IMG/VR virus record: IMGVR_UViG_3300045988_138952
Location: 1 to 64,000 of that record
DNA from: a virus
Reading direction: 5' to 3' (one strand)
Length of the DNA stretch: 64,000 bases
The notes under the pieces were generated by a model that did no database searches, was not told the DNA's origin, and saw nothing but the letters and a program-made list of their open reading frames with translations. This document shows, piece by piece, positions 55,519-63,171 of the stretch; the first letter of the stretch is position 1, and every line of letters starts with the position of its first letter. The position numbers and the translations under genes are program-made.

Positions 55519-55539
55519 ATTTTATAAAGTACAATCGGT

Positions 55540-55910
55540 TATTGTTTCCGCTTTACGAGCTACTGCGGAGGGCTATCGGGGAAAATACGTTCGACCAATA
55601 ACAGATTTAAAACAACCTTCCGAAGCTTCACGGTGAAAGCCCGTGAGGGGATGCACGAAAGAAGGCAGTCGATTGAAATAAGCAGACTGGTGCGCAGGTG
55701 CAGGTTACGAGATAACCAACTCTGTAAAAGCTGAAAGCCGAGATTGGAAGCACCCAATTCAGAGCCGATGGGGTCGATACCTAACTTATACTGGTAATTT
55801 GCCATCGAATTATCCCTGAACCGTTAGAGAGAAAAAACGCTCTCTACGGGTAAGGGGATGATTCACTCAAAAATCAACGTTTCCTTCAAACCTGGTAATT
55901 TGTAAGTTAA
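55540..55910 (+). ncRNA. candidate structured RNA of unknown class
   Basis: No credible ORF. Several GC-rich hairpins (CTTCACGG-tgaaagc-CCGTGAGG; CAGTC..GACTG; ATCCCT..CCGTTAGAGAG..CTCTCTACGG..AGGGGAT). Strand not established. Confidence 0.35.
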
Positions 55911-55953
55911 CATAAAGTATAATAATTACTTGATTAAATAATAACTACATATT

Positions 55954-56145
55954 ATGAAGAAAATAACAAAGATTGAAATTATAATGTCAGTAGATGAAGA
56001 TTCTGATTTGTATTCAAGAGATATATTTTTAAACGGGGAAAAAGTTTTTCACGATGAGTTCAAAAAAAATCTCTTAAATACAAAAGACTTTATTCATGAG
56101 TTTGCAAATAAGCTAATAAACGGATTTAAGAATGATAGACCATAG
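55954..56145 (+). CDS. hypothetical protein (63 aa)
   Basis: Track ORF in AT-rich island. Confidence 0.4.
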   Translation: MKKITKIEIIMSVDEDSDLYSRDIFLNGEKVFHDEFKKNLLNTKDFIHEFANKLINGFKNDRP

Positions 56146-56514
56146 CCATTTAAAAAACATTTGCGGCCACCCGGTCATCGAAAATATAGACAAAATCAAA
56201 GCTATTTTTGCTATACGAACGGATTTTATGGTGGCTTTCTTGCTTTTATTTGACAAGTTCCTATCATATTCATCTCTCTCAATCTGTTCTATTAGGTTGT
56301 CAAAGTGTTTAGTATCAATAAGCCGTTTGGCTTCTTGGGTGACTTGCAAATCTCCATATCCAATATTTTTGCCTGCTCCTAAACTTTTTAGCTTCTCAAA
56401 AACTACTGTACCACTACTACCAAATAATTCTTCGCACTTCTTTTGGGAAATGCTTTTGTTCCTAATAATGTATTCGGTAGCAGATTTGCACATCAAAATC
56501 AAATTTTTATCCAT
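56113..56514 (-). CDS. hypothetical protein with C-terminal TM (133 aa)
   Basis: Track ORF; IAKIALILSIFSMTGW hydrophobic tail. Confidence 0.5.
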   Translation of the reverse strand: MDKNLILMCKSATEYIIRNKSISQKKCEELFGSSGTVVFEKLKSLGAGKNIGYGDLQVTQEAKRLIDTKHFDNLIEQIERDEYDRNLSNKSKKATIKSVRIAKIALILSIFSMTGWPQMFFKWLWSIILKSVY

Positions 56515-56564
56515 AAAATTATATTATCAATTAACCGATTGTACAACATTTCAAAGAACGAATT

Positions 56565-56801
56565 ATGATTAATAAAAAAATTCAATTCAAAGCAGACGGC
56601 ACACCTATTAAAGATGAATGCTATCTTCAGTATGAGAGAGAATGGCTTGACCTAAGAAGAAGGGCAGCAGAGTTTGGTCGCTTTTTACAATCAGAACTTG
56701 ATAAGCGGTTTGATTTGTCTAAGAGCGAATGGTGCAAATTACATAGTCATTTGATTACCGAGTATTCCTCTGACAGCAAAATGCTTGACCACATCCTTTA
56801 A
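56565..56801 (+). CDS. hypothetical protein (78 aa)
   Basis: Track ORF. Confidence 0.45.
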   Translation: MINKKIQFKADGTPIKDECYLQYEREWLDLRRRAAEFGRFLQSELDKRFDLSKSEWCKLHSHLITEYSSDSKMLDHIL

Positions 56802-56915
56802 TGTTTCTATGGCTATTGATTTTACCATATCAATAGCCTTTTGTTTTGTTTCTCTCTCATTATCACATTAATTTATTAATTATGAAATCAATATATCAAA
56901 TCTACGCGGACACAT

Positions 56916-57509
56916 TTAAGGCTCGTTCTTTATTGGAACAACCGAAAGCAAGTTTACTAAAGGGACAACGCCCTCAACCCTTGAAATGTCCATTGCTGAA
57001 AGAAGCGTGTCCATTAAAGAATCAATTTGAAATTTATGAAATTTCTCCGACATTAAAATTGGTTTTCTTGCAATTAAAATATTAACTATGCTCGTACATT
57101 CATTCTGCTTTCCTAAGCTACATAAATGATATATAGATGATATTCCATGAAGATACAACTGAAATATATCAGAATTGCTTTTCTCTTTTTTATTATCATA
57201 CATCATAAACATTGCAGATTGAAATTCAAACAGATTGTTTGTTGAACGTATGTATATATCCCTTTCTTGCTTGTTTATTTCCTTTCTTAAGTCTTTTATA
57301 TCTTTTAATTCCTCCTTTATATTTATAGTGGTATATATCTGCCACCCGATAAGCACCGTTATAAGCAACGCTAATACTCCTACTATTATCCCTTGGTAGT
57401 CCATTCCCAATTCGGAAGTGTGCGGATAGGTTCTACATAGAGCTGCCACAGATACCATGATAGATATTGCAGACAATATTAGCGTTATTGTATTTCTATA
57501 CTTATCCAT
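56916..57509 (-). CDS. two-TM membrane protein (197 aa), candidate superinfection-exclusion/abortive-infection-type moron
   Basis: Two N-terminal TMs, then a soluble domain; location inside the immunity region. Function is inference only. Confidence 0.45.
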   Translation of the reverse strand: MDKYRNTITLILSAISIMVSVAALCRTYPHTSELGMDYQGIIVGVLALLITVLIGWQIYTTINIKEELKDIKDLRKEINKQERDIYIRSTNNLFEFQSAMFMMYDNKKEKSNSDIFQLYLHGISSIYHLCSLGKQNECTSIVNILIARKPILMSEKFHKFQIDSLMDTLLSAMDISRVEGVVPLVNLLSVVPIKNEP

Positions 57510-57564
57510 ATCTATTTAATAATTAAACATATACGCAAAACATGTTTTATAACATACATTTATT

Positions 57565-57604
57565 TACTGTATTAGTATTGTTAATACAGTATTTTACTGT
57601 ATCT
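57565..57604 (+). promoter_or_regulatory. operator/promoter module O2 (duplicate of O1)
   Basis: TTACTGTAT (57565), ATACAGTA-ttt-TACTGTATC, TATCTTTG at 57597-57604. Confidence 0.6.
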
Positions 57605-57756
57605 TTGCGTCGTTGTTAGAACGAAAGAACGACAACAACAAGACATAAAAAATAGAAGCAACCATAAAAGCCGCTTGTATTTGTTTTTATGTCGGCGAAT
57701 ATAGCTATTTTCTATGAAAAAACAAATAAAGTGAGAAAATTTATATAATAGATAAT

Positions 57757-57963
57757 ATGAAAATAACAAGAGAAGATATTTTGAAGATTAAACCAGGGAC
57801 TTCGCTTACTGTACGTCTAAGTGATTACAGAGCTTGCGATTCGGCGAGAGCTGTTGCTTATAGAGCCGCATTAGCAGACCCAAGACCGGATGTAGAGAGG
57901 TATAAGGTGTCTATTAATACGAAAACATGGGAAATTACAATTACAGCCGTTAAAAAGTTATGA
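57757..57963 (+). CDS. hypothetical early protein (68 aa)
   Basis: First ORF after O2. Confidence 0.5.
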   Translation: MKITREDILKIKPGTSLTVRLSDYRACDSARAVAYRAALADPRPDVERYKVSINTKTWEITITAVKKL

Positions 57964-58208
57964 CTCGCACAGAAGCAAGAATATTAGCAGAAGAACTGTA
58001 CAAACTTATGCGCAAGGATGTGAAAAGGATTGTAGAGGAAACAGTGATTGAATGTTTGGATGAATGGGTTGGGGTAGGAGAGGCTGCTAATATTCTTGGG
58101 TGCAGTGTTGGTACTTTATATAACAATATATCTAATATTCCTCATACAAAGAACGGCAGACTTCTTCGATTTAAGAAATCGGAATTGATTAAATATTTGG
58201 AAAGATGA
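57960..58208 (+). CDS. excisionase/MerR-type HTH protein
   Basis: WVGVGEAANILGCSVGTLYNNISNIPHTKNGRLLRFKKSEL. Confidence 0.6.
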   Translation: MTRTEARILAEELYKLMRKDVKRIVEETVIECLDEWVGVGEAANILGCSVGTLYNNISNIPHTKNGRLLRFKKSELIKYLER

Positions 58209-58441
58209 AAACCTACGATTTAAACAGAGCCTCTCGGCTTGCTCTTCGGATTGCTCTAATAATAGCAATCATGGCGGGATGTATATACAGCAGCCGTGTA
58301 GAATACAACGATGATGTATTATCCGGCATGAGTTCCGATAAGTATGACTTCATCAGAAGCCGGATAAACGACAGCTCACGGTCGGCGGTAGTATCCGAGT
58401 ATATGAGTAACAAGCAGTATTACGACAGTCTTGACTATTAA
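58205..58441 (+). CDS. small membrane protein (78 aa)
   Basis: Track ORF with an N-terminal TM. Confidence 0.45.
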   Translation: MKTYDLNRASRLALRIALIIAIMAGCIYSSRVEYNDDVLSGMSSDKYDFIRSRINDSSRSAVVSEYMSNKQYYDSLDY

Positions 58442-58466
58442 AACCGCGTTGTGTGAACAACGCTCC

Positions 58467-58576
58467 TTCCTCTTAGCTCAGCCAGGCAGAGCATCGCTAT
58501 GGTTACTTGTTCGAAGGTTTAGTATCCGGTAATTTCCGGTTAGCGAAGGTCGCACGTTCGAGTCGTGCAGAGGGAG
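58467..58576 (+). tRNA. tRNA-like gene with a 43-nt anticodon loop region (36 nt longer than normal)
   Basis: Acceptor TTCCTCT/AGAGGGA; U8 A9; D arm GCTC-AGCCAGGCA-GAGC; anticodon stem TCGCT/AGCGA enclosing 58499-58541; variable AGGTC; T arm GCACG-TTCGAGT-CGTGC. No encoded CCA. Confidence 0.6.
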
Positions 58577-58970
58577 CAAAATACATAGTTCTTTGACGTA
58601 TTGAATGTGAAATAAGGTTTAAGTATTTGATATTTAGACTTATTTCAATATAACCGAGGATTGCGGATAGCGGAAACGCGGGGACTCCGTATAGGCTTGG
58701 TTATCGTAATTGTCTCTTCGCACCGAAATGTCCTACGGTAGAGAGTATGCGGTTTGGGCACCCGTATCGCAAGAGACAAAGGTCATAAAGACAACATAGG
58801 CGTCCGATACAGTCTTAAATCGGTATAAAGTATGCGGTGGTAATGAAAGGCGCCCGTACACGCTTATTATATATACTCCCTTCCCGTCAAATTCGGGCAC
58901 GCTGAAAGCTAAACACGTATTGTTGCATTGAAGGGAGCCAATATTTATTAATCTTTAAATATATAGAATT

Positions 58971-59261
58971 ATGATTGGGAAAAAAGTAATTATTAGAGCA
59001 GACAGAGCGGGCGTATTTTACGGAGTATTGAAAGAAAAAAATGGTAGTGAGGTTACATTGACAGACTGCCGAAGATTGTGGTGTTGGTATGGGGCTGCAT
59101 CTATCAGCCAATTAGCTGTTGAGGGAACGAAAAGACCTAATGATTGTAAATTTACATTAGTTGTACCGATAATCTCTATTTCGGGGGTTATAGAAATAAT
59201 TCCTTGTACAGATGAAGCGATAAAATCCATTGAGGAGGTAGCCGTATGGAAGAACAGATAA
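58971..59261 (+). CDS. hypothetical protein (96 aa)
   Basis: Track ORF overlapping the next start. Confidence 0.5.
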   Translation: MIGKKVIIRADRAGVFYGVLKEKNGSEVTLTDCRRLWCWYGAASISQLAVEGTKRPNDCKFTLVVPIISISGVIEIIPCTDEAIKSIEEVAVWKNR

Positions 59262-60019
59262 GAAAGTTTCTTAGTATATACTCTGGCGATGGCTCTGGCG
59301 ATGGCTATGGCTATGGCTATGGCTATGGCTATGGCGATGGCTCTGGCGATGGCTCTGGCTCTGGCTATGGCTATGGCGATGGCTCTGGCTATGGCGATGG
59401 CTCTGGCGATGGCGATGGCTCTGGCGATGGCTCTGGCGATGGCTCTGGCGATGGCTCTGGCGATGGCGATGGCTCTGGCTATGGCGATGGCTCTGGCTAT
59501 GGCGATGGCTCTGGCGATGGCTATGGCTCTGGCGATGGCTATGGCTATGGCTATGGCTATGGCGATGGAATTAAAACATTCAATGGCGACAAAGCATATA
59601 TCATTGATGATATTCCTACAATTATCAAGCATGTTCATGACAATGTAGCTAAAGGATATATACTGAACGATGACTTTACATTGACTGAGACATTTGTTGC
59701 AAAAAGGAATGGGAAATTCGCTCATGGAGAAACATTGCACGAGGCCTTTGCTTCGCTTCAAGAAAAATTGTATGACGATTCAACCGAGGAGGAAAGGTTG
59801 GAAGCTTTTAAAAAGCATTTTCAGGACTTTACTAAAAAGGTATCGGCTAAAGAATTGTTCCATTGGCATCATGTGCTGACCGGTTCGTGCAAGCAAGGAA
59901 GGCTGTCATTCTGTGCCAATAAGGGAATAGACATTGACAATGATACTTATACCGTACATGAGTTTATAGAATTAACTCAATATTCTTATGGCGGTGATAT
60001 AATCAGAAAATTGAAGTAA
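59246..60019 (+). CDS. protein with 94-residue Gly-Asp/Ser/Tyr dipeptide-repeat region and conserved-looking C-terminal domain
   Basis: GDGSGDGYGYGYGYGDGSG... then IKTFNGDKAYIIDDIPTIIKHVHDNVAKGYIL..FAHGETLHEA. Confidence 0.65.
   Translation: MEEQIRKFLSIYSGDGSGDGYGYGYGYGYGDGSGDGSGSGYGYGDGSGYGDGSGDGDGSGDGSGDGSGDGSGDGDGSGYGDGSGYGDGSGDGYGSGDGYGYGYGYGDGIKTFNGDKAYIIDDIPTIIKHVHDNVAKGYILNDDFTLTETFVAKRNGKFAHGETLHEAFASLQEKLYDDSTEEERLEAFKKHFQDFTKKVSAKELFHWHHVLTGSCKQGRLSFCANKGIDIDNDTYTVHEFIELTQYSYGGDIIRKLK
59282..59563 (+). repeat. hexanucleotide microsatellite (GGC GAT / GGC TCT / GGC TAT units)
   Basis: About 47 tandem 6-nt units; open in several frames on both strands, which generates artefactual track ORFs. 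Confidence 0.9.
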
Positions 60020-60167
60020 TATGTAATTATCCCGTGGCTCTCAATAGATGTTTGAGAGTAGTAAGGCAACCATCGGAACGCTCACGGGAACAAAAGCCTG
60101 TAAGGATGAAAATTCATGATAGCTTTTTAATGTAAACAGTCCCGTCTACGTGCTGGTCGGGAAACAC

Positions 60168-60271
60168 TGCGACATGGCGGAATGGTAGACGTAGCACTCT
60201 ATGATAGGAATGTCAAACCTTAGATGTGCGGAGCTTGACAACTCGTCCCGGTTCGAGTCCGGGTGTCGCAA
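60168..60271 (+). tRNA. type II (Leu-like) tRNA-like gene with a 28-nt anticodon loop region
   Basis: Acceptor TGCGACA/TGTCGCA; D region GCGGAATGGTAGACG; stem GCAC/GTGC enclosing 60198-60225; long variable arm GGAGCTTGACAACTCGT; T arm CCCGG-TTCGAGT-CCGGG; discriminator A. A CTTAGAT 7-mer abuts the 3' stem strand. Confidence 0.6.
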
Positions 60272-60308
60272 CATCTTCACTACAGATGAAGTATTTGTTT
60301 AGTCGTAG

Positions 60309-60339
60309 CCGGGCGGTCTGTGAAGATAGTCCGGTTTTT
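60309..60339 (+). terminator. intrinsic terminator after the tRNA-like gene
   Basis: CCGGGC..GTCCGG followed by T5. Confidence 0.55.
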
Positions 60340-60365
60340 ATTTGAAACCCATTAATAACAATTAT

Positions 60366-60842
60366 ATGAAAACATTACAATTAAGTGAACAAAAAGCCCG
60401 TGAACTATATCGGAGCGGTTCAAAAAAACCAAAAACAGTATTGGAAGAATCCTTTGGAAAAGATTTCTTTTCACAAGACGTTACAGAAAGAGTGAAAACC
60501 TACCTTGATGCTTGCCACGAGTTGGGAAGGGAACCACTCGATGAGAAAAAGCTATTGGAATTAGGCTTAACGGAACACGATATTGCTTACCAAAAGCTGA
60601 CTCTAATTATAGAAGCCCTAAACGAAGGTTGGAAAGCTGATGTATGCGATGCAAACGTGAGACGCTGGTATCCGTGGTTCGAGCCTAATGGGTCTCCTTC
60701 CTCTTTCGCTTTCGGCGTTTCGCTTTGCGCTTCTGCGTGTGCGAATGCGGGTAGCGGGTCTCGCCTTTGTTTGAAAAGCGAAAAGCTTTCCAATTATTGC
60801 GGGAAGCAATTCATTGATTTGTGGAAACAATTTATTCTATAA
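60366..60842 (+). CDS. hypothetical protein, paralogue A
   Basis: EALNEGWKADV..SPSSFAFGVS..AGSGSRLCLKSEKLSNYCGKQFIDLWK shared with the next ORF. Confidence 0.55.
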   Translation: MKTLQLSEQKARELYRSGSKKPKTVLEESFGKDFFSQDVTERVKTYLDACHELGREPLDEKKLLELGLTEHDIAYQKLTLIIEALNEGWKADVCDANVRRWYPWFEPNGSPSSFAFGVSLCASACANAGSGSRLCLKSEKLSNYCGKQFIDLWKQFIL

Positions 60843-60860
60843 CCCTATAAACTTACAATT

Positions 60861-61334
60861 ATGACTTTAAATGTAGATAAAAAGAACGCTTTAAAGGCTT
60901 GGAGAGAAGCGGACAATAAAGGAAAGCAGATGCTTGAAAATCTATACGGCAAAGAAATATTTGCCAATCAAAACGTAATGGATAGAATCAAAACGTTTGA
61001 AGACGCAATGGAAGAAACAGGAAGAAAAGGTGTCCCTGATTTTTCAGATTTACCCAAAGACATGCGCAGGCATTTCATTGCGTTATATAAAATGGAAGTT
61101 ATTACGGAAGCTCTGAATGAAGGCTGGAAAGCAGACTGGGATAACTCGGATGAGAACAGGTATTATCCCTATTTCATTATGTCTCCTTCCTCTTTCGCTT
61201 TCTACGCTTCGTCTTTCGCTATTGCGTTTGCGAGTGCGGGTAGCGGGTCTCGCCTTTGTTATAAAACACGCGAACTTGCGGCATATTCGGCAAAACAATT
61301 TATTGACATTTGGAAAGACATCCAGATAGGATAA
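60861..61334 (+). CDS. hypothetical protein, paralogue B
   Basis: EALNEGWKADW..SPSSFAFYAS..AGSGSRLCYKTRELAAYSAKQFIDIWK. Confidence 0.55.
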   Translation: MTLNVDKKNALKAWREADNKGKQMLENLYGKEIFANQNVMDRIKTFEDAMEETGRKGVPDFSDLPKDMRRHFIALYKMEVITEALNEGWKADWDNSDENRYYPYFIMSPSSFAFYASSFAIAFASAGSGSRLCYKTRELAAYSAKQFIDIWKDIQIG

Positions 61335-61382
61335 GCATACAAAGGTCGTCTGCCCTTGTCTCCTTCCTCTTAAAAATAAATT

Positions 61383-61946
61383 ATGGAACAAGAAATTTGG
61401 AAAGATATAATTGGATATGAAGGGATATATCAAATATCCAGTTTAGGTAGAGTAAAATCTGTGAGCAGATATGTAAACCATATAAATGGAGTAAGACATG
61501 TTCATAGTAAAATTTTAAAGCCTAATAGTTGTTCTCTTTATTTAAATATTAGTCTTAGTAGAAAATGTGTAATGAATAGATTCACTATACATAGGCTTGT
61601 AGCTAAAGCTTTTATTCCTAACCCTAATAATCTTCCACAAGTTAATCATAGAGACGGTAATAAATTTAATAATAAAGTAGAAAATCTTGAATGGTGTTCT
61701 TCCTCTGATAATCAAAAACACGCATATAGAATTGGGTTAAAAAAAACTCCTAATTTAGGCAGATTCGGCAGTCTAAATCATTCATCTAAAGTTATAATAC
61801 AATATAGTTTAACAGGAGTGCCAATTCAAGAATACGGAAGCACAAGAGAGGCTTCCAGAGTTACTAAAATAAATCAAGGAACTATAGCAGCATGCGCAAG
61901 AGGGGAAAGAGCATCAGCCGGTTCTTATAAATGGAGATATAAATAA
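61383..61946 (+). CDS. free-standing HNH homing endonuclease (NUMOD4 + HNH_3 type)
   Basis: WKDIIGYEGIYQISSLGRVKS; HRLVAKAFIPNP..VNHRDGNKFNNKVENLEWCSSSDN. Confidence 0.8.
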   Translation: MEQEIWKDIIGYEGIYQISSLGRVKSVSRYVNHINGVRHVHSKILKPNSCSLYLNISLSRKCVMNRFTIHRLVAKAFIPNPNNLPQVNHRDGNKFNNKVENLEWCSSSDNQKHAYRIGLKKTPNLGRFGSLNHSSKVIIQYSLTGVPIQEYGSTREASRVTKINQGTIAACARGERASAGSYKWRYK

Positions 61947-62060
61947 CCAAATTCAGCCGCAGAAAAGGTCAGAGCTATTACCGTACTAAAAGCCGTGAGA
62001 GAAGCGAAGTGCGCACCGCTTCCCTTTAACCTTGTACGGGCGGTTTAAAAACACAATACA

Positions 62061-62297
62061 ATGGAAAATGAACTTGAAGAACTGTACAAGGAGCTGAACG
62101 AAGTCAAAGCTTGCGATTTGGACTATCTTCCCAAATACGGCTATTCTTCAAAAGAAGAAATCATTCAGCTTATAGAGGAAGATATTGAGGAGTTGCGCGC
62201 AGAGATGGAATGTAACCAATACGATTACACTCCTGCTGAACTTAAAGAAGAAAGAACTAATCTCTGCCTTAGTCAGGGGTTATCAAGATATTGTTGA
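62061..62297 (+). CDS. acidic hypothetical protein (78 aa)
   Basis: Track ORF. Confidence 0.45.
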   Translation: MENELEELYKELNEVKACDLDYLPKYGYSSKEEIIQLIEEDIEELRAEMECNQYDYTPAELKEERTNLCLSQGLSRYC

Positions 62298-62316
62298 ATT
62301 AAAAATTTATCATATT

Positions 62317-63171
62317 ATGGGATTAGAAAATTACGAAGTGCTTCCTATAGAAGCGCAGGATGTACAAATCGTACAGGTGGATGCGGTTGAACGCGCCAGT
62401 GTTGACAGTCAAGTGGCAACAGCTAAACAATATCCAAGAAGTATTAAAAGATGCGTTGACAATTCTATCGCTATAGCAACAATGGATGTTGAGACGGCGC
62501 AAAGCTGCGGGTATGCGTTACCTCGTGGTGGGAAACCTATTACCGGCCCATCTGTGCACCTCGCCAAGATTATTGTATCTAACTGGGGGAACATAAGGAC
62601 AGAAGCCAAGGTGGTTCAAATCACCGATAAGCAGATAATCAGTAGAGGAACCTGCTGGGATTTGGAAGCGAACGTAGCTTCCGCCTTTGAAGTTCGCAGA
62701 AGTATTGTCAATAGCAAAGGACAACGTTTTTCTGATGATATGATTACCGTTACTGGGAATGCAGCAAACAGTATTGCATACAGAAATGCGGTGTTTGCGG
62801 TCGTTCCAAAAGCGGTCGTTGAGAAAGTTTATAGGGCTGCGCGAAAGTTCATCACTGGCGATTTGTCTGATGAAGAAAAAATAATCAAGAGAAGAAAAGG
62901 AGCAATAGATTTTTTATTTGACGAATACGGAATTACAGGAGAGGAAACAATCAAATTGTGTGGTAAACAGACAATAAATCAGATTAAGGCGGATGAAATC
63001 GCACTACTTCTTGGAATTGTTCAGTCCCTGAAAGACGGAGATACTACTGTTGATGAACTTATGAAACCAATCAGAGGAAGTAAGGAAGCAAAGAAAGAAG
63101 CTATGAAAAAAGCAATGAAGCCAGTAATTGATAAGACAGCAGGTGAAATCTTTAGCCAGCCCGCACAATGA
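62317..63171 (+). CDS. putative single-strand annealing / recombination protein (family not recognised)
   Basis: Start moved to ATG 62317; overlaps and precedes the YqaJ-type exonuclease gene. Assigned by synteny only. Confidence 0.4.
   Translation: MGLENYEVLPIEAQDVQIVQVDAVERASVDSQVATAKQYPRSIKRCVDNSIAIATMDVETAQSCGYALPRGGKPITGPSVHLAKIIVSNWGNIRTEAKVVQITDKQIISRGTCWDLEANVASAFEVRRSIVNSKGQRFSDDMITVTGNAANSIAYRNAVFAVVPKAVVEKVYRAARKFITGDLSDEEKIIKRRKGAIDFLFDEYGITGEETIKLCGKQTINQIKADEIALLLGIVQSLKDGDTTVDELMKPIRGSKEAKKEAMKKAMKPVIDKTAGEIFSQPAQ

Noticed and set aside
58467-58576. The tRNA-like gene as the integration site (attL/attR junction) marking a prophage end
   Set aside because: Phage genes continue on both sides (early operon upstream, recombination module downstream). 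Both halves of the tRNA are present, and the integrase lies 5 kb away next to its own repeat cluster. This cannot be fully excluded without the lysogen context.
59282-59563. Possible CRISPR array because of dense short repeats
   Set aside because: The units are 6 nt and contiguous, with no spacers. This is a coding microsatellite, not a repeat-spacer array. I saw no other repeat-spacer structure in the window.
59018-59761. Track ORFs 59289-59648 (+, MALAMAMAMA...) and 59018-59761 (-, IAIAIARAIA...) across the repeat
   Set aside because: They are alternative-frame readings of the hexanucleotide microsatellite. Only the frame continuing into the ordinary C-terminal domain (59246-60019) makes sense.
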